Shown: positions 48,419 to 58,199, counted from the stretch's first letter. The stretch: 64,000 nucleotides of DNA from a virus (IMGVR_UViG_3300049596_000679:1-64000); one strand, 5' to 3'. Program-made: numbers and translations. The notes: generated from the sequence alone by a model not told the origin.

Positions 48419-50260
48419 ATGAACTATTATTTGAAAAATAAAATCCAAAAACTTATTAATGAAACTTTGGAGGACAAAGCGAATGAAGTGATGGAAAAAT
48501 TAAAATTTAACAAACCTGGCAGTTCTTTTGATTATGTTGAAGAGGGAGAAATGTGTGAATCATGCGGCGGAGAAATGACAGAAGGTGAATGTATGGAATG
48601 TGGTAATATGTATGAAGGAGAAATGTGTGAATCATGTGGTGGAGAAATGACAGAAGGAGAAACGTGTGAATCATGTGGTGGAGAAATGAGAGAACAGAAT
48701 CCAAAAAGGGATTGGGGTAGTGTAGGTACGGGAGCCGCTGCAGGAGGATTGTATGGTGCCTCGACAGGAGCGGCTATAGGATCTGTTGTACCTGTAGTTG
48801 GTACCGCAGTAGGTGCTGCATTAGGTGCTGCATTAGGTGCCGCAACAGGCGCCGCGGCAGGATTATTATACAGTTCTAAAGGTTCTTATGACGGTGTTAA
48901 AAAAATATTTGACGCTTGTAATAAAAGTGGTATGGGTAAATCAACCATGAATGGAAGTACGTTAGATTCAATATCAAAAAGTCTTTACGATGCGGTTAGA
49001 GTATGGACCGGAACTGATGAAGACGCTATCAAAGACGCTCTAAGTCAACTTAAAACAATTCCTGACTTTTGTAGTGTTATTAAAAGATATGAGGAAAATT
49101 ATCCTGGAGAAAATTTACTTGATGACTTAGACGGTGATATTGATACTGATAGTGAGTGGAATGAATATGTTTATTTACCATTATTGGCAGCAAAAAGAAA
49201 ATCTGAAGAACTTGGTAAAAAGTCAGGTGGATCAATAAGAGAAAATGACGAAATGGATTTTGAAACTCCTATAAGAGATGCTATTAGATCTCATAAAGGT
49301 AAATTTAGAACTCCTATGAGAGATGCTATAAGATCTAATAAAGGTAAATTTAAAACTCCTATGAGAGATGCTATGGCTATGAGATCTCGTAAAAACAGAC
49401 ATAATGATTTTGAAGATGACATGAACGAAGTTGAGTTGGATGAAAAATTATACGGAAACCAAAAAAGAATTGATAAGAACCATAATGGAAGATTAGATTC
49501 GCAGGACTTCAAAATGTTAAGAAAAAAAGAAGATGTAAATGAAAATGTGTTCTATGAATTAACAACTGCAGTAAATGGCAAAAGAGAAAAACTTTTATTT
49601 AATGAAAGTCAGTTTGAAGAAATGATTGAGAATATTGTTTTAAAAGAAGAAAGTAAATTCAATAAAGGTAAGACACCGGCTGGATATGCTGAATATGAAA
49701 GATCTATTAAAACGTCAAAAAAAAATGAAGAAGGTTATATGAAAGATTTGTCCAAAAAAATGAAAGATTATTTGAAAGACGGATCTAAAGGTAAATATGA
49801 AATGTCACCAAAACATTTTCCAAAAGGAAATGGTGAATTAGAAGAAATGTCTAAAAAGGCTTATGTTGCTTCAGGAGCAATTGAGGATTATATTGATAAC
49901 TTTACTGCCGCTGGTTTAGAAAACTTAGATTATGATGAAATCCATCCTGATGAAGATTGGGTAACTGACAACGTTGTTGGGTCTTCAAGAACGGGTAATA
50001 ATCCTGAATGGGCAAACGCAGTTGAGACACCAAATAACGAGAAGAGAAATAAGATTAGAAAAGATAATTTATTGGCTAAAATTAAACGTAAGGCTTACAA
50101 TAAAGCGCCTCAACCTGTTGTTACTGACAAATCAGGTGAAAATGCGGGGGATAAAATTATGGCTAAGTTAGAATCTATTGACGAAAAGAAAAAACAAAAA
50201 ATCAATGAGGACTATACACGTATTATGAGTTTAATGTCTTATAAGAAAAACACTCAATAA
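48419..50260 (+). CDS. mosaic protein: CxxC repeats, glycine zipper, annexin-like repeat, EF-hand-like loop
   Basis: (EGEMCESCGGEM)n; GAAAGG...GAALGAALGAATG; LYDAV..WTGTDEDAIKDAL; DKNHNGRLDSQDF. Confidence 0.75.
   Translation: MNYYLKNKIQKLINETLEDKANEVMEKLKFNKPGSSFDYVEEGEMCESCGGEMTEGECMECGNMYEGEMCESCGGEMTEGETCESCGGEMREQNPKRDWGSVGTGAAAGGLYGASTGAAIGSVVPVVGTAVGAALGAALGAATGAAAGLLYSSKGSYDGVKKIFDACNKSGMGKSTMNGSTLDSISKSLYDAVRVWTGTDEDAIKDALSQLKTIPDFCSVIKRYEENYPGENLLDDLDGDIDTDSEWNEYVYLPLLAAKRKSEELGKKSGGSIRENDEMDFETPIRDAIRSHKGKFRTPMRDAIRSNKGKFKTPMRDAMAMRSRKNRHNDFEDDMNEVELDEKLYGNQKRIDKNHNGRLDSQDFKMLRKKEDVNENVFYELTTAVNGKREKLLFNESQFEEMIENIVLKEESKFNKGKTPAGYAEYERSIKTSKKNEEGYMKDLSKKMKDYLKDGSKGKYEMSPKHFPKGNGELEEMSKKAYVASGAIEDYIDNFTAAGLENLDYDEIHPDEDWVTDNVVGSSRTGNNPEWANAVETPNNEKRNKIRKDNLLAKIKRKAYNKAPQPVVTDKSGENAGDKIMAKLESIDEKKKQKINEDYTRIMSLMSYKKNTQ
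48541..48690 (+). repeat. coding repeat EGE(M/T)CESCGGEM, 4 imperfect copies
   Basis: GAAGGAGAAATGTGTGAATCATGTGGTGGAGAAATG-like units. Confidence 0.9.
49258..49380 (+). repeat. 45-nt coding repeat x3 (F.TP.RDA.RS.KGK)
   Basis: AACTCCTATGAGAGATGCTAT core repeated at 45-nt spacing. Confidence 0.85.
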
Positions 50261-50289
50261 TTTACAATTACATAATTAGGTATTATCAT
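50261..50289 (+). promoter_or_regulatory. sigma70-like promoter TTTACA-N17-TATCAT
   Basis: 17-nt spacer, intergenic. Confidence 0.5.
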
Positions 50290-50308
50290 TGTCCATAGGT
50301 ATTAATCT

Positions 50309-50776
50309 ATGGACAATTTTTTTAACTACATATCAAAACAATTAAAACAGGAGGATATTGAGATTTGGTTTAACATCAACAATATCATTCCTGAGAAGAT
50401 GGAATTATATTACGATTTCTCTATATCCATACATAAATTAATTCTAGATACTTATCTTGGTGATGACGATGGTTTTAATGAAACCAAAGTATCAATGACC
50501 GAAGAAGATAAGAATAAACACTTTGATTGGTGTTGGGATAAAACAATAGATAGTTTTAATTTGGAAAACATAACCTTCAACAAAAGGGGAGATCATTATG
50601 ATCACTTCCAATCATTTTTTTCTGAAATATATTATAATCAGGTTGATAAAAAAATTAAAGATTCTATTAATGTTTTCTTTAGAGATGTGTTTGACTTAGA
50701 AAAACCATTTACCCAATCTGATTTAGATATGATACTTAATATTTACAGGAGTTTGGATAAAAATTTGGTGTTATAG
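50309..50776 (+). CDS. hypothetical protein
   Basis: 155 aa; HFDWCWDK. Confidence 0.75.
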   Translation: MDNFFNYISKQLKQEDIEIWFNINNIIPEKMELYYDFSISIHKLILDTYLGDDDGFNETKVSMTEEDKNKHFDWCWDKTIDSFNLENITFNKRGDHYDHFQSFFSEIYYNQVDKKIKDSINVFFRDVFDLEKPFTQSDLDMILNIYRSLDKNLVL

Positions 50777-50778
50777 TA

Positions 50779-50807
50779 TTTACTAAGGTAAGTTAGTGGG
50801 GTATAAT
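50779..50807 (+). promoter_or_regulatory. sigma70-like promoter TTTACT-N17-TATAAT
   Basis: perfect -10, 17-nt spacer. Confidence 0.6.
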
Positions 50808-50840
50808 TAAATTACATAAACAATAAAATACATTTAAAAA

Positions 50841-51014
50841 ATGGAAACGTTAGAACAAATTAAAACACTAGTTGAACTATTAAGTGCTGACACGACTAAG
50901 TTTTTTGCAGGAAATAAAAGTGCAGGAACAAGAGCAAGAAAAACATCTCAAGAATTAAAAGCATTATTGCAAACATTAAGAGGTGAAATCTTAGATTCTA
51001 AGAAAAATGACTAA
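50841..51014 (+). CDS. histone H1-like (Hc1 family) small DNA-binding protein, 57 aa, not in ORF track
   Basis: METLEQIK...KFFAGNKSAGTRARKTSQELKALLQTLR carries the GNKxAGTRARK signature. Confidence 0.8.
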   Translation: METLEQIKTLVELLSADTTKFFAGNKSAGTRARKTSQELKALLQTLRGEILDSKKND

Positions 51015-51201
51015 TATTGATACTTTATATCTTTTTATGTTCATTTTTTCAGCTCTCTCAGTTTTTAGAGTTGTTGTAAAATTTATATTTTCCCTATTAC
51101 AAACTTTACCTGAAAGATTGGTGATGAGTAATAGGGAAATATTATTCCAAGGTGTTTCATTGTCTTATGTTATAACTTACACAATACAAAATTTTTTATG
51201 A
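51007..51201 (+). CDS. small membrane protein
   Basis: two hydrophobic segments. Confidence 0.6.
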   Translation: MTNIDTLYLFMFIFSALSVFRVVVKFIFSLLQTLPERLVMSNREILFQGVSLSYVITYTIQNFL

Positions 51202-51626
51202 GTTTTTTTACCGAATTTAATACTTTATCACCATACTTACAATCCGTAAGAAAGTTGAAAACATACCTGTCATTTGACATACATTTTCCTAACACATGGA
51301 AAATACCAAAAAAGTTTGTTGATGAAGAAACGTTATTAGAAAATGAATCTACTGAAACAGGTAAAAGATTCTTTTCATTTGTTAGTACCTTTAATGAAAA
51401 AGAGGTTGAGAAGATTATTAACAATCTCAGAAACATTATTAAATATAATAAAGAAAGAGAGGAAAAGGATAAACTGTTCCAAACCAAAGTTAATGAGTTA
51501 AAATCTATTTTTGAAAAACAAAATTTAGATAATCTACAAGCATTAAAATTTGAAATTTCCGATGATCAAAAAATTGAATTAGAAGATGGAGAAGAAAATA
51601 CAAACCCAGTTAGAAACTCAAATTGA
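51198..51626 (+). CDS. hypothetical protein
   Basis: 142 aa, overlapping neighbours. Confidence 0.7.
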   Translation: MSFFTEFNTLSPYLQSVRKLKTYLSFDIHFPNTWKIPKKFVDEETLLENESTETGKRFFSFVSTFNEKEVEKIINNLRNIIKYNKEREEKDKLFQTKVNELKSIFEKQNLDNLQALKFEISDDQKIELEDGEENTNPVRNSN

Positions 51627-51786
51627 GTGGTTAAATAATGAATTGGAAAAAGATAAGATTGAAGTTGAAAGAAATAAAAGTAAATTTATCAATCAAATCA
51701 AAAAATTAAAGAAAGAAGACATTGTAAAAGTCAATGTTGAGAAAATGACATTATGGAAGAGAATAAAGAAAGTATTGTTGGGATAA
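51586..51786 (+). CDS. hypothetical coiled-coil protein
   Basis: 66 aa; C-terminal amphipathic TLWKRIKKVL. Confidence 0.65.
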   Translation: MEKKIQTQLETQIEWLNNELEKDKIEVERNKSKFINQIKKLKKEDIVKVNVEKMTLWKRIKKVLLG

Positions 51787-52064
51787 TGGAAAAATTGGCA
51801 ATGATTACAGATGCTACCCAATCTTTATTTCCCGATGGTAAAACGGCAATAGTATTTGAATTACCGGAAGTTGATTTTAAAGAAGTCCAAAAAAACTTTA
51901 GAGAAATTGATAGTAACTATACTAAATTTAAAATTGATCTTTCAGGTGTTGAGGTAATATTCATATTAGAGAATTCATATGAAGAAGAAAAACCAATTGA
52001 AGAACCTATTGTTGTTAAAAAAGAAGGGTTTATTAAAAGATTAATAAAAAATTATTTAAAATAA
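51753..52064 (+). CDS. hypothetical protein
   Basis: 103 aa; C-terminal amphipathic GFIKRLIK. Confidence 0.65.
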   Translation: MEENKESIVGIMEKLAMITDATQSLFPDGKTAIVFELPEVDFKEVQKNFREIDSNYTKFKIDLSGVEVIFILENSYEEEKPIEEPIVVKKEGFIKRLIKNYLK

Positions 52065-52700
52065 CTATCTTTTATATGTTGTGTAAGTCCTATACAACTT
52101 TGATTTAGGGATTCCCCCTTTTTCTAAAATATCATAAATGTATTTCTTTTGTGATTTACTTGAGTCAGGAACCAATATACAATCCATTCTATTTTTATCC
52201 TGTAGAAATTTACTTAGTACGTCAAGGAATCTACCAGATTCATTAACGGACTTCAAAGAGAAACAATTAAACTTATCTTCATTTTGAACCACAATCTTAT
52301 TGTTAATTTTAGACACAAGTTTTAACCCATCTTTAGGTAGATAGTTTTTAACAAACTTATCAAATGAAATTTTAGATGAGGTTTGTATATCGTAAATTAA
52401 CTCCTCAACTAATAATTCAGAAACAGAAAGTATTGTATAATCCCTATTATCCAACTCCACTTTTATTTGACGACCTAGTTCATCCTTAATAAAGTATAAG
52501 TTAAAATTTTTAGAATCCTTTTCAAGTAAACCAATTTCAAATGAACAAGATTTGCCGTTTTCAAATAAGGTGTTGAATCTAATGTCCTTATTACCTATTA
52601 TTTTACCATCGTAGAACTTTTTGGCGTTCTCGTAAGTCTTAAACGACTTTATTATTTTTTTTCTTTCTTTATTTTTGAATAGTACGATTAAATAGCTCAT
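52065..52700 (-). CDS. hypothetical protein
   Basis: 211 aa ORF filling the gap on the minus strand. Confidence 0.75.
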   Translation of the reverse strand: MSYLIVLFKNKERKKIIKSFKTYENAKKFYDGKIIGNKDIRFNTLFENGKSCSFEIGLLEKDSKNFNLYFIKDELGRQIKVELDNRDYTILSVSELLVEELIYDIQTSSKISFDKFVKNYLPKDGLKLVSKINNKIVVQNEDKFNCFSLKSVNESGRFLDVLSKFLQDKNRMDCILVPDSSKSQKKYIYDILEKGGIPKSKLYRTYTTYKR

Positions 52701-52745
52701 AATATTGATTACTCTTTAATTAAGTATATTAATTTTTTTTTATAA

Positions 52746-53654
52746 ATGAATAATGACAACTATTATAAGGTTTTAGGTGTTGACGAAAAGGCAACACAAG
52801 AAGACATTAAGAAAGCATATAGAAACCTAGCAAAAGAAAATCATCCCGATAAAGGTGGGGATGAGGAGACGTTTAAAAATATCTCAGCGGCTTATGATAC
52901 TATTGGGGACGAAAATAAACGAAAACAATACGACAATCAACGGAGTAACCCATTCGGTAGTAATTTTGCCGATATGTTTCATTCATTTAATCAACAACGA
53001 CAAAGACAAGATACACATACTAGTGTTATTACGGTGAACATAGGAGTGTTGGATTCATATTTAAGTAGGAATAAACAAATTACATATAAAAGAAAGACTA
53101 GTTGTAATGTTTGTAGTGGATCGGGAGGGGAGAAGAAGGTATGTACTACCTGTAATGGTGTTGGTAGTGTTATGAAACAAATGGGTACGGGTATGTTCGT
53201 ACAAGTTGTTAATATGAGTTGTGAAACTTGCTCAGGTACTGGTAAAATTACTATAAACGCTTGTTATTCGTGTAATGGATCGGAGACTAAAGATGAGATG
53301 AAAACATTGGATGTTAAAATACCTCATGGGTTAGAGGATGGTCAGTTCATAAGAATGTCAAATGTTGGTGATTTTAGAAATGGTAGATTTGGGGATTTGG
53401 TAATAAGGGTTAATTTGATGGAAGAAAATGGTTTCTTTAAGAACGGACCACATTTAATATATAACTCTTATTTAAACTATGAAGATCTTATAAAAGAGCA
53501 TATAAACATACCTCATCCTAGTGGTGAGTTAAATATAAAATTACCTAAATTATTTGATTCCTCAAAACCTTTAAGGGTTAAAGGTAAAGGATTTAGGGTG
53601 GATCAAATTGGGGATCTATTAATTAATCGGATTGTTAGGTTTGAAAGACCTTAA
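52746..53654 (+). CDS. dnaJ: DnaJ chaperone (J domain + CxxCxGxG Zn fingers + C-terminal domain)
   Basis: YYKVLGV, HPDKGG, CNVCSGSG, CTTCNGVG, CETCSGTG, CYSCNGS. Confidence 0.93.
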   Translation: MNNDNYYKVLGVDEKATQEDIKKAYRNLAKENHPDKGGDEETFKNISAAYDTIGDENKRKQYDNQRSNPFGSNFADMFHSFNQQRQRQDTHTSVITVNIGVLDSYLSRNKQITYKRKTSCNVCSGSGGEKKVCTTCNGVGSVMKQMGTGMFVQVVNMSCETCSGTGKITINACYSCNGSETKDEMKTLDVKIPHGLEDGQFIRMSNVGDFRNGRFGDLVIRVNLMEENGFFKNGPHLIYNSYLNYEDLIKEHINIPHPSGELNIKLPKLFDSSKPLRVKGKGFRVDQIGDLLINRIVRFERP

Positions 53655-53827
53655 AATAAGGACATGATATCTTTATATAAAGCGATTGCACCATAGATTG
53701 ATAGGGCAAACATAATACCACCAGTGATAAAAACAAATTTTTGTGTTTTACCTGTTGTTTGATTACACTTTTTACATCCTGTTACTTGTGTTGCTTCTGT
53801 TTTGTTGTTGTATATTTCTTCTTCCAT
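53651..53827 (-). CDS. 58-aa membrane protein with CxxC (MEEEIYNN...GCKKC...TM), not in ORF track
   Basis: ATG at 53827, TAA at 53651-53653; own promoter-like motif upstream. Confidence 0.65.
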   Translation of the reverse strand: MEEEIYNNKTEATQVTGCKKCNQTTGKTQKFVFITGGIMFALSIYGAIALYKDIMSLF

Positions 53828-53847
53828 AATTTTTTGTTATAATAATA

Positions 53848-53876
53848 ATTATACATTAAAACAATTTATAAGTGAA
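53848..53876 (-). promoter_or_regulatory. sigma70-like promoter TTCACT-N17-TATAAT
   Basis: minus strand, upstream of the 58-aa ORF. Confidence 0.55.
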
Positions 53877-53887
53877 TAATTTTTGAA

Positions 53888-53916
53888 TTGACATATCATC
53901 ATATAATTCCTATATT
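53888..53916 (+). promoter_or_regulatory. sigma70-like promoter TTGACA-N17-TATATT
   Basis: same hexamers as the promoter at 34841. Confidence 0.7.
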
Positions 53917-53931
53917 TCTAATAAAAAAACT

Positions 53932-54771
53932 ATGTTATCATATATTGGAGGAAAAAGTAAGATAGGAAAGTGGATAGTCCCTTTCTATGATAAAGATATG
54001 GAAACATATGTTGAAACATTTGGTGGGATGTTTTGGTGTTTCTTTAATATGGATCTAAGTCAGTTCCCAAATCTAAAGAAAGTTGTGTATAATGACTTCA
54101 ACCCACTTAACCATAATTTATTTGAATGTATTAAGAATCCTGAAAGATTATTGGAATCAATCAACGCAATCCCATGTCAACAATTTGGTGTGGAAATTAC
54201 ACCATCAATATATAAAGAACAATTTATCAGCTTTCAGGCTGAAATATTTGATGAAAATTTCAGGGTAGAACCTGGTAATTATGATGTTGCAGCTAAATAT
54301 GCGTATATTTTAACACAAGTGTTCTCAGGATCTAAACCTGAAAAAAGTTCTTTCATTGACTTAAAGGGTAAGTACAAATCTAAATACTTAACATTCCGAG
54401 ATAAATTAATGAAACCTGATTGGGTTGAACATTTTTTAAGAATAAGTGATGTTGAGAATATGGATTTTGCTGAGGTGATTGAAAAGTATGATTCACCAAC
54501 AACTTACTTCTATGTGGATCCACCATATTGGAAGACTGAAAACTATTATTCTAATCACGATTTTGATAGGGAAGACCACGAGAGACTTTCAAAGTCATTA
54601 ATAAATATGGAAGGTAAATTTAGTTTATCGTACTATGATTTTGAATTATTACACGAATGGTTTCCTGAAGATCAGTACAAATGGGAGAAAAAAGAGTTCG
54701 CTAAAGCGGCAGCAGCAAAAAAGGGAACAAAACAAAACATGGGTGAGGAATTATTAATAATGAATTACTAA
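53932..54771 (+). CDS. dam: DNA adenine methyltransferase (Dam/D12 class)
   Basis: YIGGKS, YVETFGG, VYND, YVDPPY, ELLIMNY. Confidence 0.9.
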   Translation: MLSYIGGKSKIGKWIVPFYDKDMETYVETFGGMFWCFFNMDLSQFPNLKKVVYNDFNPLNHNLFECIKNPERLLESINAIPCQQFGVEITPSIYKEQFISFQAEIFDENFRVEPGNYDVAAKYAYILTQVFSGSKPEKSSFIDLKGKYKSKYLTFRDKLMKPDWVEHFLRISDVENMDFAEVIEKYDSPTTYFYVDPPYWKTENYYSNHDFDREDHERLSKSLINMEGKFSLSYYDFELLHEWFPEDQYKWEKKEFAKAAAAKKGTKQNMGEELLIMNY

Positions 54772-54814
54772 TCATTTTTTTATACTATTCGAATATTTAT
54801 ATTAAAAACTTATT

Positions 54815-56704
54815 ATGGAATTACTTAAGGTATTATCAAATGTCATTAAAGAAAACACAAACGGTAAACGTCTTGTAAGTGAAGCAATGGCCGAAAAGGT
54901 TGTTAAATTTTTAATTGACAAATACAAACCTACAACTAAGGATACAGAAGAACAAATAACTGCGGTTATTAACGCATTTGATAAATATAAAAGTGGGTTA
55001 CCTCAAGATCAAAGAGATATTACCAAATTAACTTATAGTATTGTTAAGAACATTGTTTTATCAAAGGAGATTAAAAAACAAGAAAAAAGTATATTCAAAA
55101 AATATATGGAAGCCAATAAAGGTGCCGACAAAAATGCGGTTAAATTGGCATTACGTAAGTTTTACGAATTGTTTCCAATCCTACCTATAAATCAAAGAGA
55201 CGTTCTTAAAATGCCTTATTTGAAATTGGTTGAGTTTTTACAGGGTAAGTTTAATTCTATGTTAACATCAGCGGCACTTAAGAAATTTAAAGATGATAAG
55301 GTTAATGTAACACCTGAACAATTAATTTATTATGTATCAACCTACTTAGATCTATACCATAGATTACCTGCAAATTTACCACCATTGTTGTTTATGAGTT
55401 TTGATGAACTTGAACATACATTAGATGGTATGGGAGATTTAACTGATGACATTAAAGATACAAAAGATGATTATTCTGACATTGAAACAATATACGATGA
55501 TAATAACTTATTAATCTTCAAACCAAGTGGTAAGGAACAATGTATTAAATTGGCTAACGGAAGAAGTTGGTGTATATCTAAATCAGGTGGTGGTAATATG
55601 TATTACAATTATCGTTTGGGACATAACTTAACAATTTATTATGTTATTGATAAAGATAAGGCATTTGGTGACCTTAACTATTCAGTTGTCATCTTAGTTG
55701 AGCCTTATGGTGGAAAACGAATTGCGGATGGTCAAAATATGGCTGGAGGATATTCAGGTCATAAAAGAGAAGATTGGAGTACAATTGTAAGTAAAGTTCC
55801 AAAATTGAAAGGCAAAGAACATTTGTTTGTTGCTGATCCATTGAGTAGTGCTGAACAAAAAGTACTGAATGACTACAAAAATACTTCCATCAATAAAGAT
55901 GCGATTAAAGAACTTGGTAGTGAACAAGCGGCTGAAATGTGGCTTGAGCTTTCAAGTCCTGATTTAACATATAGAAGTAATGGTGATGAAATTTATCGTA
56001 ACTTTACCGAAAATCTTAAAAACAAATACTTAGGGTTGGGAATGGACTTGACCGCTGGAATGATCAATAATTCCGAACCTAGTGTGTTGAAATATTATGC
56101 GGCAAGAAAACTTCAAGGGTTGATGTCAAAAAGTTTAGGTCAATTGAGTGATTCGGATATTGCATTCATCAATAGTCCTATAATGAGAGATAATAAGAAA
56201 AAATTAAGAGAAAAATTCTCAGGTCAATTAGCCGGAGTTAGTAGTAGTGGTTATGTTGGTCTTGAATATCCAAAAGATGATAACTCTAAGTATGTTGCAT
56301 TATTTGGGTTTGATGATTTCTTTCAACATATTCCAACTAATACAACTATGATCCAAATGGAAAATACAAGTAAAACTCCAATTGCTTTGGATTTACCGGA
56401 AAGTATTGGTAAATTAACCGAATTAAAAACATTGATTATTGATAATATGGTTAAGTCAATCCCTGAAAGTATTGGAAATTGTACCAAATTGAAATTTATA
56501 AACTTACCTAATAACCCACAATTGGAAAGTATTCCTGAGGCGTTTGGTGAATTGTATTGTTTGAACTTCTTCTCAACGGAGAATTCAAATCCTAGTATGA
56601 GAATACCTAAAAAATTAGAAGAATATATGACAGAGGATGAAGGATTTTGGTTTATCAATTTCCCTCCTGAATTGAAGAAACATTGTGGACCTATAAGATC
56701 TTAA
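54815..56704 (+). CDS. protein with a central SWC-motif domain and C-terminal leucine-rich repeats
   Basis: GRSWCISK...YYNY..IYYVIDK; LPESIGKLTELKTL, IPESIGNCTKLKFI, IPEAFGELYCL. Confidence 0.8.
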   Translation: MELLKVLSNVIKENTNGKRLVSEAMAEKVVKFLIDKYKPTTKDTEEQITAVINAFDKYKSGLPQDQRDITKLTYSIVKNIVLSKEIKKQEKSIFKKYMEANKGADKNAVKLALRKFYELFPILPINQRDVLKMPYLKLVEFLQGKFNSMLTSAALKKFKDDKVNVTPEQLIYYVSTYLDLYHRLPANLPPLLFMSFDELEHTLDGMGDLTDDIKDTKDDYSDIETIYDDNNLLIFKPSGKEQCIKLANGRSWCISKSGGGNMYYNYRLGHNLTIYYVIDKDKAFGDLNYSVVILVEPYGGKRIADGQNMAGGYSGHKREDWSTIVSKVPKLKGKEHLFVADPLSSAEQKVLNDYKNTSINKDAIKELGSEQAAEMWLELSSPDLTYRSNGDEIYRNFTENLKNKYLGLGMDLTAGMINNSEPSVLKYYAARKLQGLMSKSLGQLSDSDIAFINSPIMRDNKKKLREKFSGQLAGVSSSGYVGLEYPKDDNSKYVALFGFDDFFQHIPTNTTMIQMENTSKTPIALDLPESIGKLTELKTLIIDNMVKSIPESIGNCTKLKFINLPNNPQLESIPEAFGELYCLNFFSTENSNPSMRIPKKLEEYMTEDEGFWFINFPPELKKHCGPIRS

Positions 56705-57000
56705 TGATGAACGTAGACATAGAAATTTATATTAGTCAACTAATAACCTTCTTTGAAAAAAATCCAGGTGATTTTATGGATCTTGTTGGTGAAGTACAAA
56801 AAGAAGAGTTCTTTCAGAAATTAAAAGAAAAATCTATTAATAACCATAGTAAGGGTGAGGACTTTATTTTAACCAAACAACAAATTATTGATGTTGTGGT
56901 TGATCTTAAATCGCCTGAATTAAACCAAAAGTTAAGTTACGCAAAAAAAGTTAAAGGATTTATCCAAAAGACTAAGTTTGGGGATATCATACTTAATTAA
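56704..57000 (+). CDS. hypothetical protein
   Basis: TAATG-coupled start at 56704. Confidence 0.7.
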   Translation: MMNVDIEIYISQLITFFEKNPGDFMDLVGEVQKEEFFQKLKEKSINNHSKGEDFILTKQQIIDVVVDLKSPELNQKLSYAKKVKGFIQKTKFGDIILN

Positions 57001-57017
57001 TTTTTTTTATGTAAAGG

Positions 57018-57048
57018 CTTGTGGAATCCAAAAAATTGACTATCTTTG
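57018..57048 (+). promoter_or_regulatory. Bacteroidota housekeeping-type promoter (C)TTG-N19-TATCTTTG
   Basis: -7 TAnnTTTG element with correct spacing. Confidence 0.7.
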
Positions 57049-57073
57049 TAAGGTAATCTAAAAAACTAATTAT

Positions 57074-57829
57074 ATGATCTATACTCCAGAATTAATCAAG
57101 TCAACCGCACCATCAATCTTCGCAACATCTCCATCGTCAAAAATGACAAACAAGTATGAGTTTGTCCCTACAGACAAGATCATGGAGTTCTTTGATAGAG
57201 AAGGGTGGGAAATTTCATCTGTTAAACAAAATGGTACTGGTATCCATGCCTTACACGAAGTTAAGTTCCGTAATGGACAACTTCCATCGGTTGGCGATAC
57301 TTTGGTTGAAGCAATCATCAAAAACTCTCACAATGGTATGTCGGCATTCTCAATGAGTGCGGGTCTTCACAGATTGGTGTGTAGTAATGGTTTAACCGTT
57401 CCTACGTCAGTAGCAGACCAATTCCGAATCCGACACAAAGATTTCCAACTTGACGATGTTAAAATGTTAACGGAAAGTTTCGCAAAGAAATTACCAATGA
57501 TTCAACACTCTGTTGGAAGAATGATGGAACGTCAACTTACTATGGATGAAAAAGTTGAGTTCGTTCAAAGAGCATCTAGACTTAGATGGGCAACAGGGTC
57601 AGTTCCGTCAACACTTGATTTAGTGGACTTGTTAACACCTAACCGTAACGAAGATGAAGGAGATGACCTTTGGAAAGTCTTTAACGTAGTACAAGAGAAA
57701 TTTGTACGAGGTGGTGTTGAGTACAGATCACAAAGTGGTCGTAAGACAGGGTTAAGAGGTTTGAAAAATATTATGGCGGTAAACGCAATAAATACAAAAC
57801 TTTGGGAGACCGCCGAGTCAATGATCTAA
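57074..57829 (+). CDS. DUF932/DUF945 family protein
   Basis: APSIFA, YEFVPT, NSHNG, AGLHRLVCSNGL, DLWKVFNVVQE, NTKLW. Confidence 0.88.
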   Translation: MIYTPELIKSTAPSIFATSPSSKMTNKYEFVPTDKIMEFFDREGWEISSVKQNGTGIHALHEVKFRNGQLPSVGDTLVEAIIKNSHNGMSAFSMSAGLHRLVCSNGLTVPTSVADQFRIRHKDFQLDDVKMLTESFAKKLPMIQHSVGRMMERQLTMDEKVEFVQRASRLRWATGSVPSTLDLVDLLTPNRNEDEGDDLWKVFNVVQEKFVRGGVEYRSQSGRKTGLRGLKNIMAVNAINTKLWETAESMI

Positions 57830-57836
57830 AAGAAAT

Positions 57837-57861
57837 GTGGGGTGAACAACCCCACTTTTTT
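57837..57861 (+). terminator. intrinsic terminator
   Basis: GTGGGGT-GAACA-ACCCCAC plus T-run. Confidence 0.8.
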
Positions 57862-57875
57862 AATTTATAGTCAAT

Positions 57876-58199
57876 ATGTTTAAACGTGAGAATGATTTTT
57901 TGGATATCTTAAAAGAAAGACATGATAAATTATATGGTATTATTAAAGTTAATAGTACTATAGGACTAACACCTAAGACATTAATAGAAAAGAAATTTGA
58001 AATTGAATACTTAGATAGTGTTGAGTTTGAATTTGAACTTAATCATTTAGAATCAATTCTTAAACATAAATCTGGGTTTTACATATATTTATCTAAAATG
58101 GAGGTCGCGGATATGTCGTATCAGATGAAAATTTATTACGATATGGACCAATTAAACGAAGTATCATTCTTCATTAAAAACTTATCAAAAATTAAATAA
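57876..58199 (+). CDS. hypothetical protein
   Basis: 107 aa. Confidence 0.65.
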   Translation: MFKRENDFLDILKERHDKLYGIIKVNSTIGLTPKTLIEKKFEIEYLDSVEFEFELNHLESILKHKSGFYIYLSKMEVADMSYQMKIYYDMDQLNEVSFFIKNLSKIK

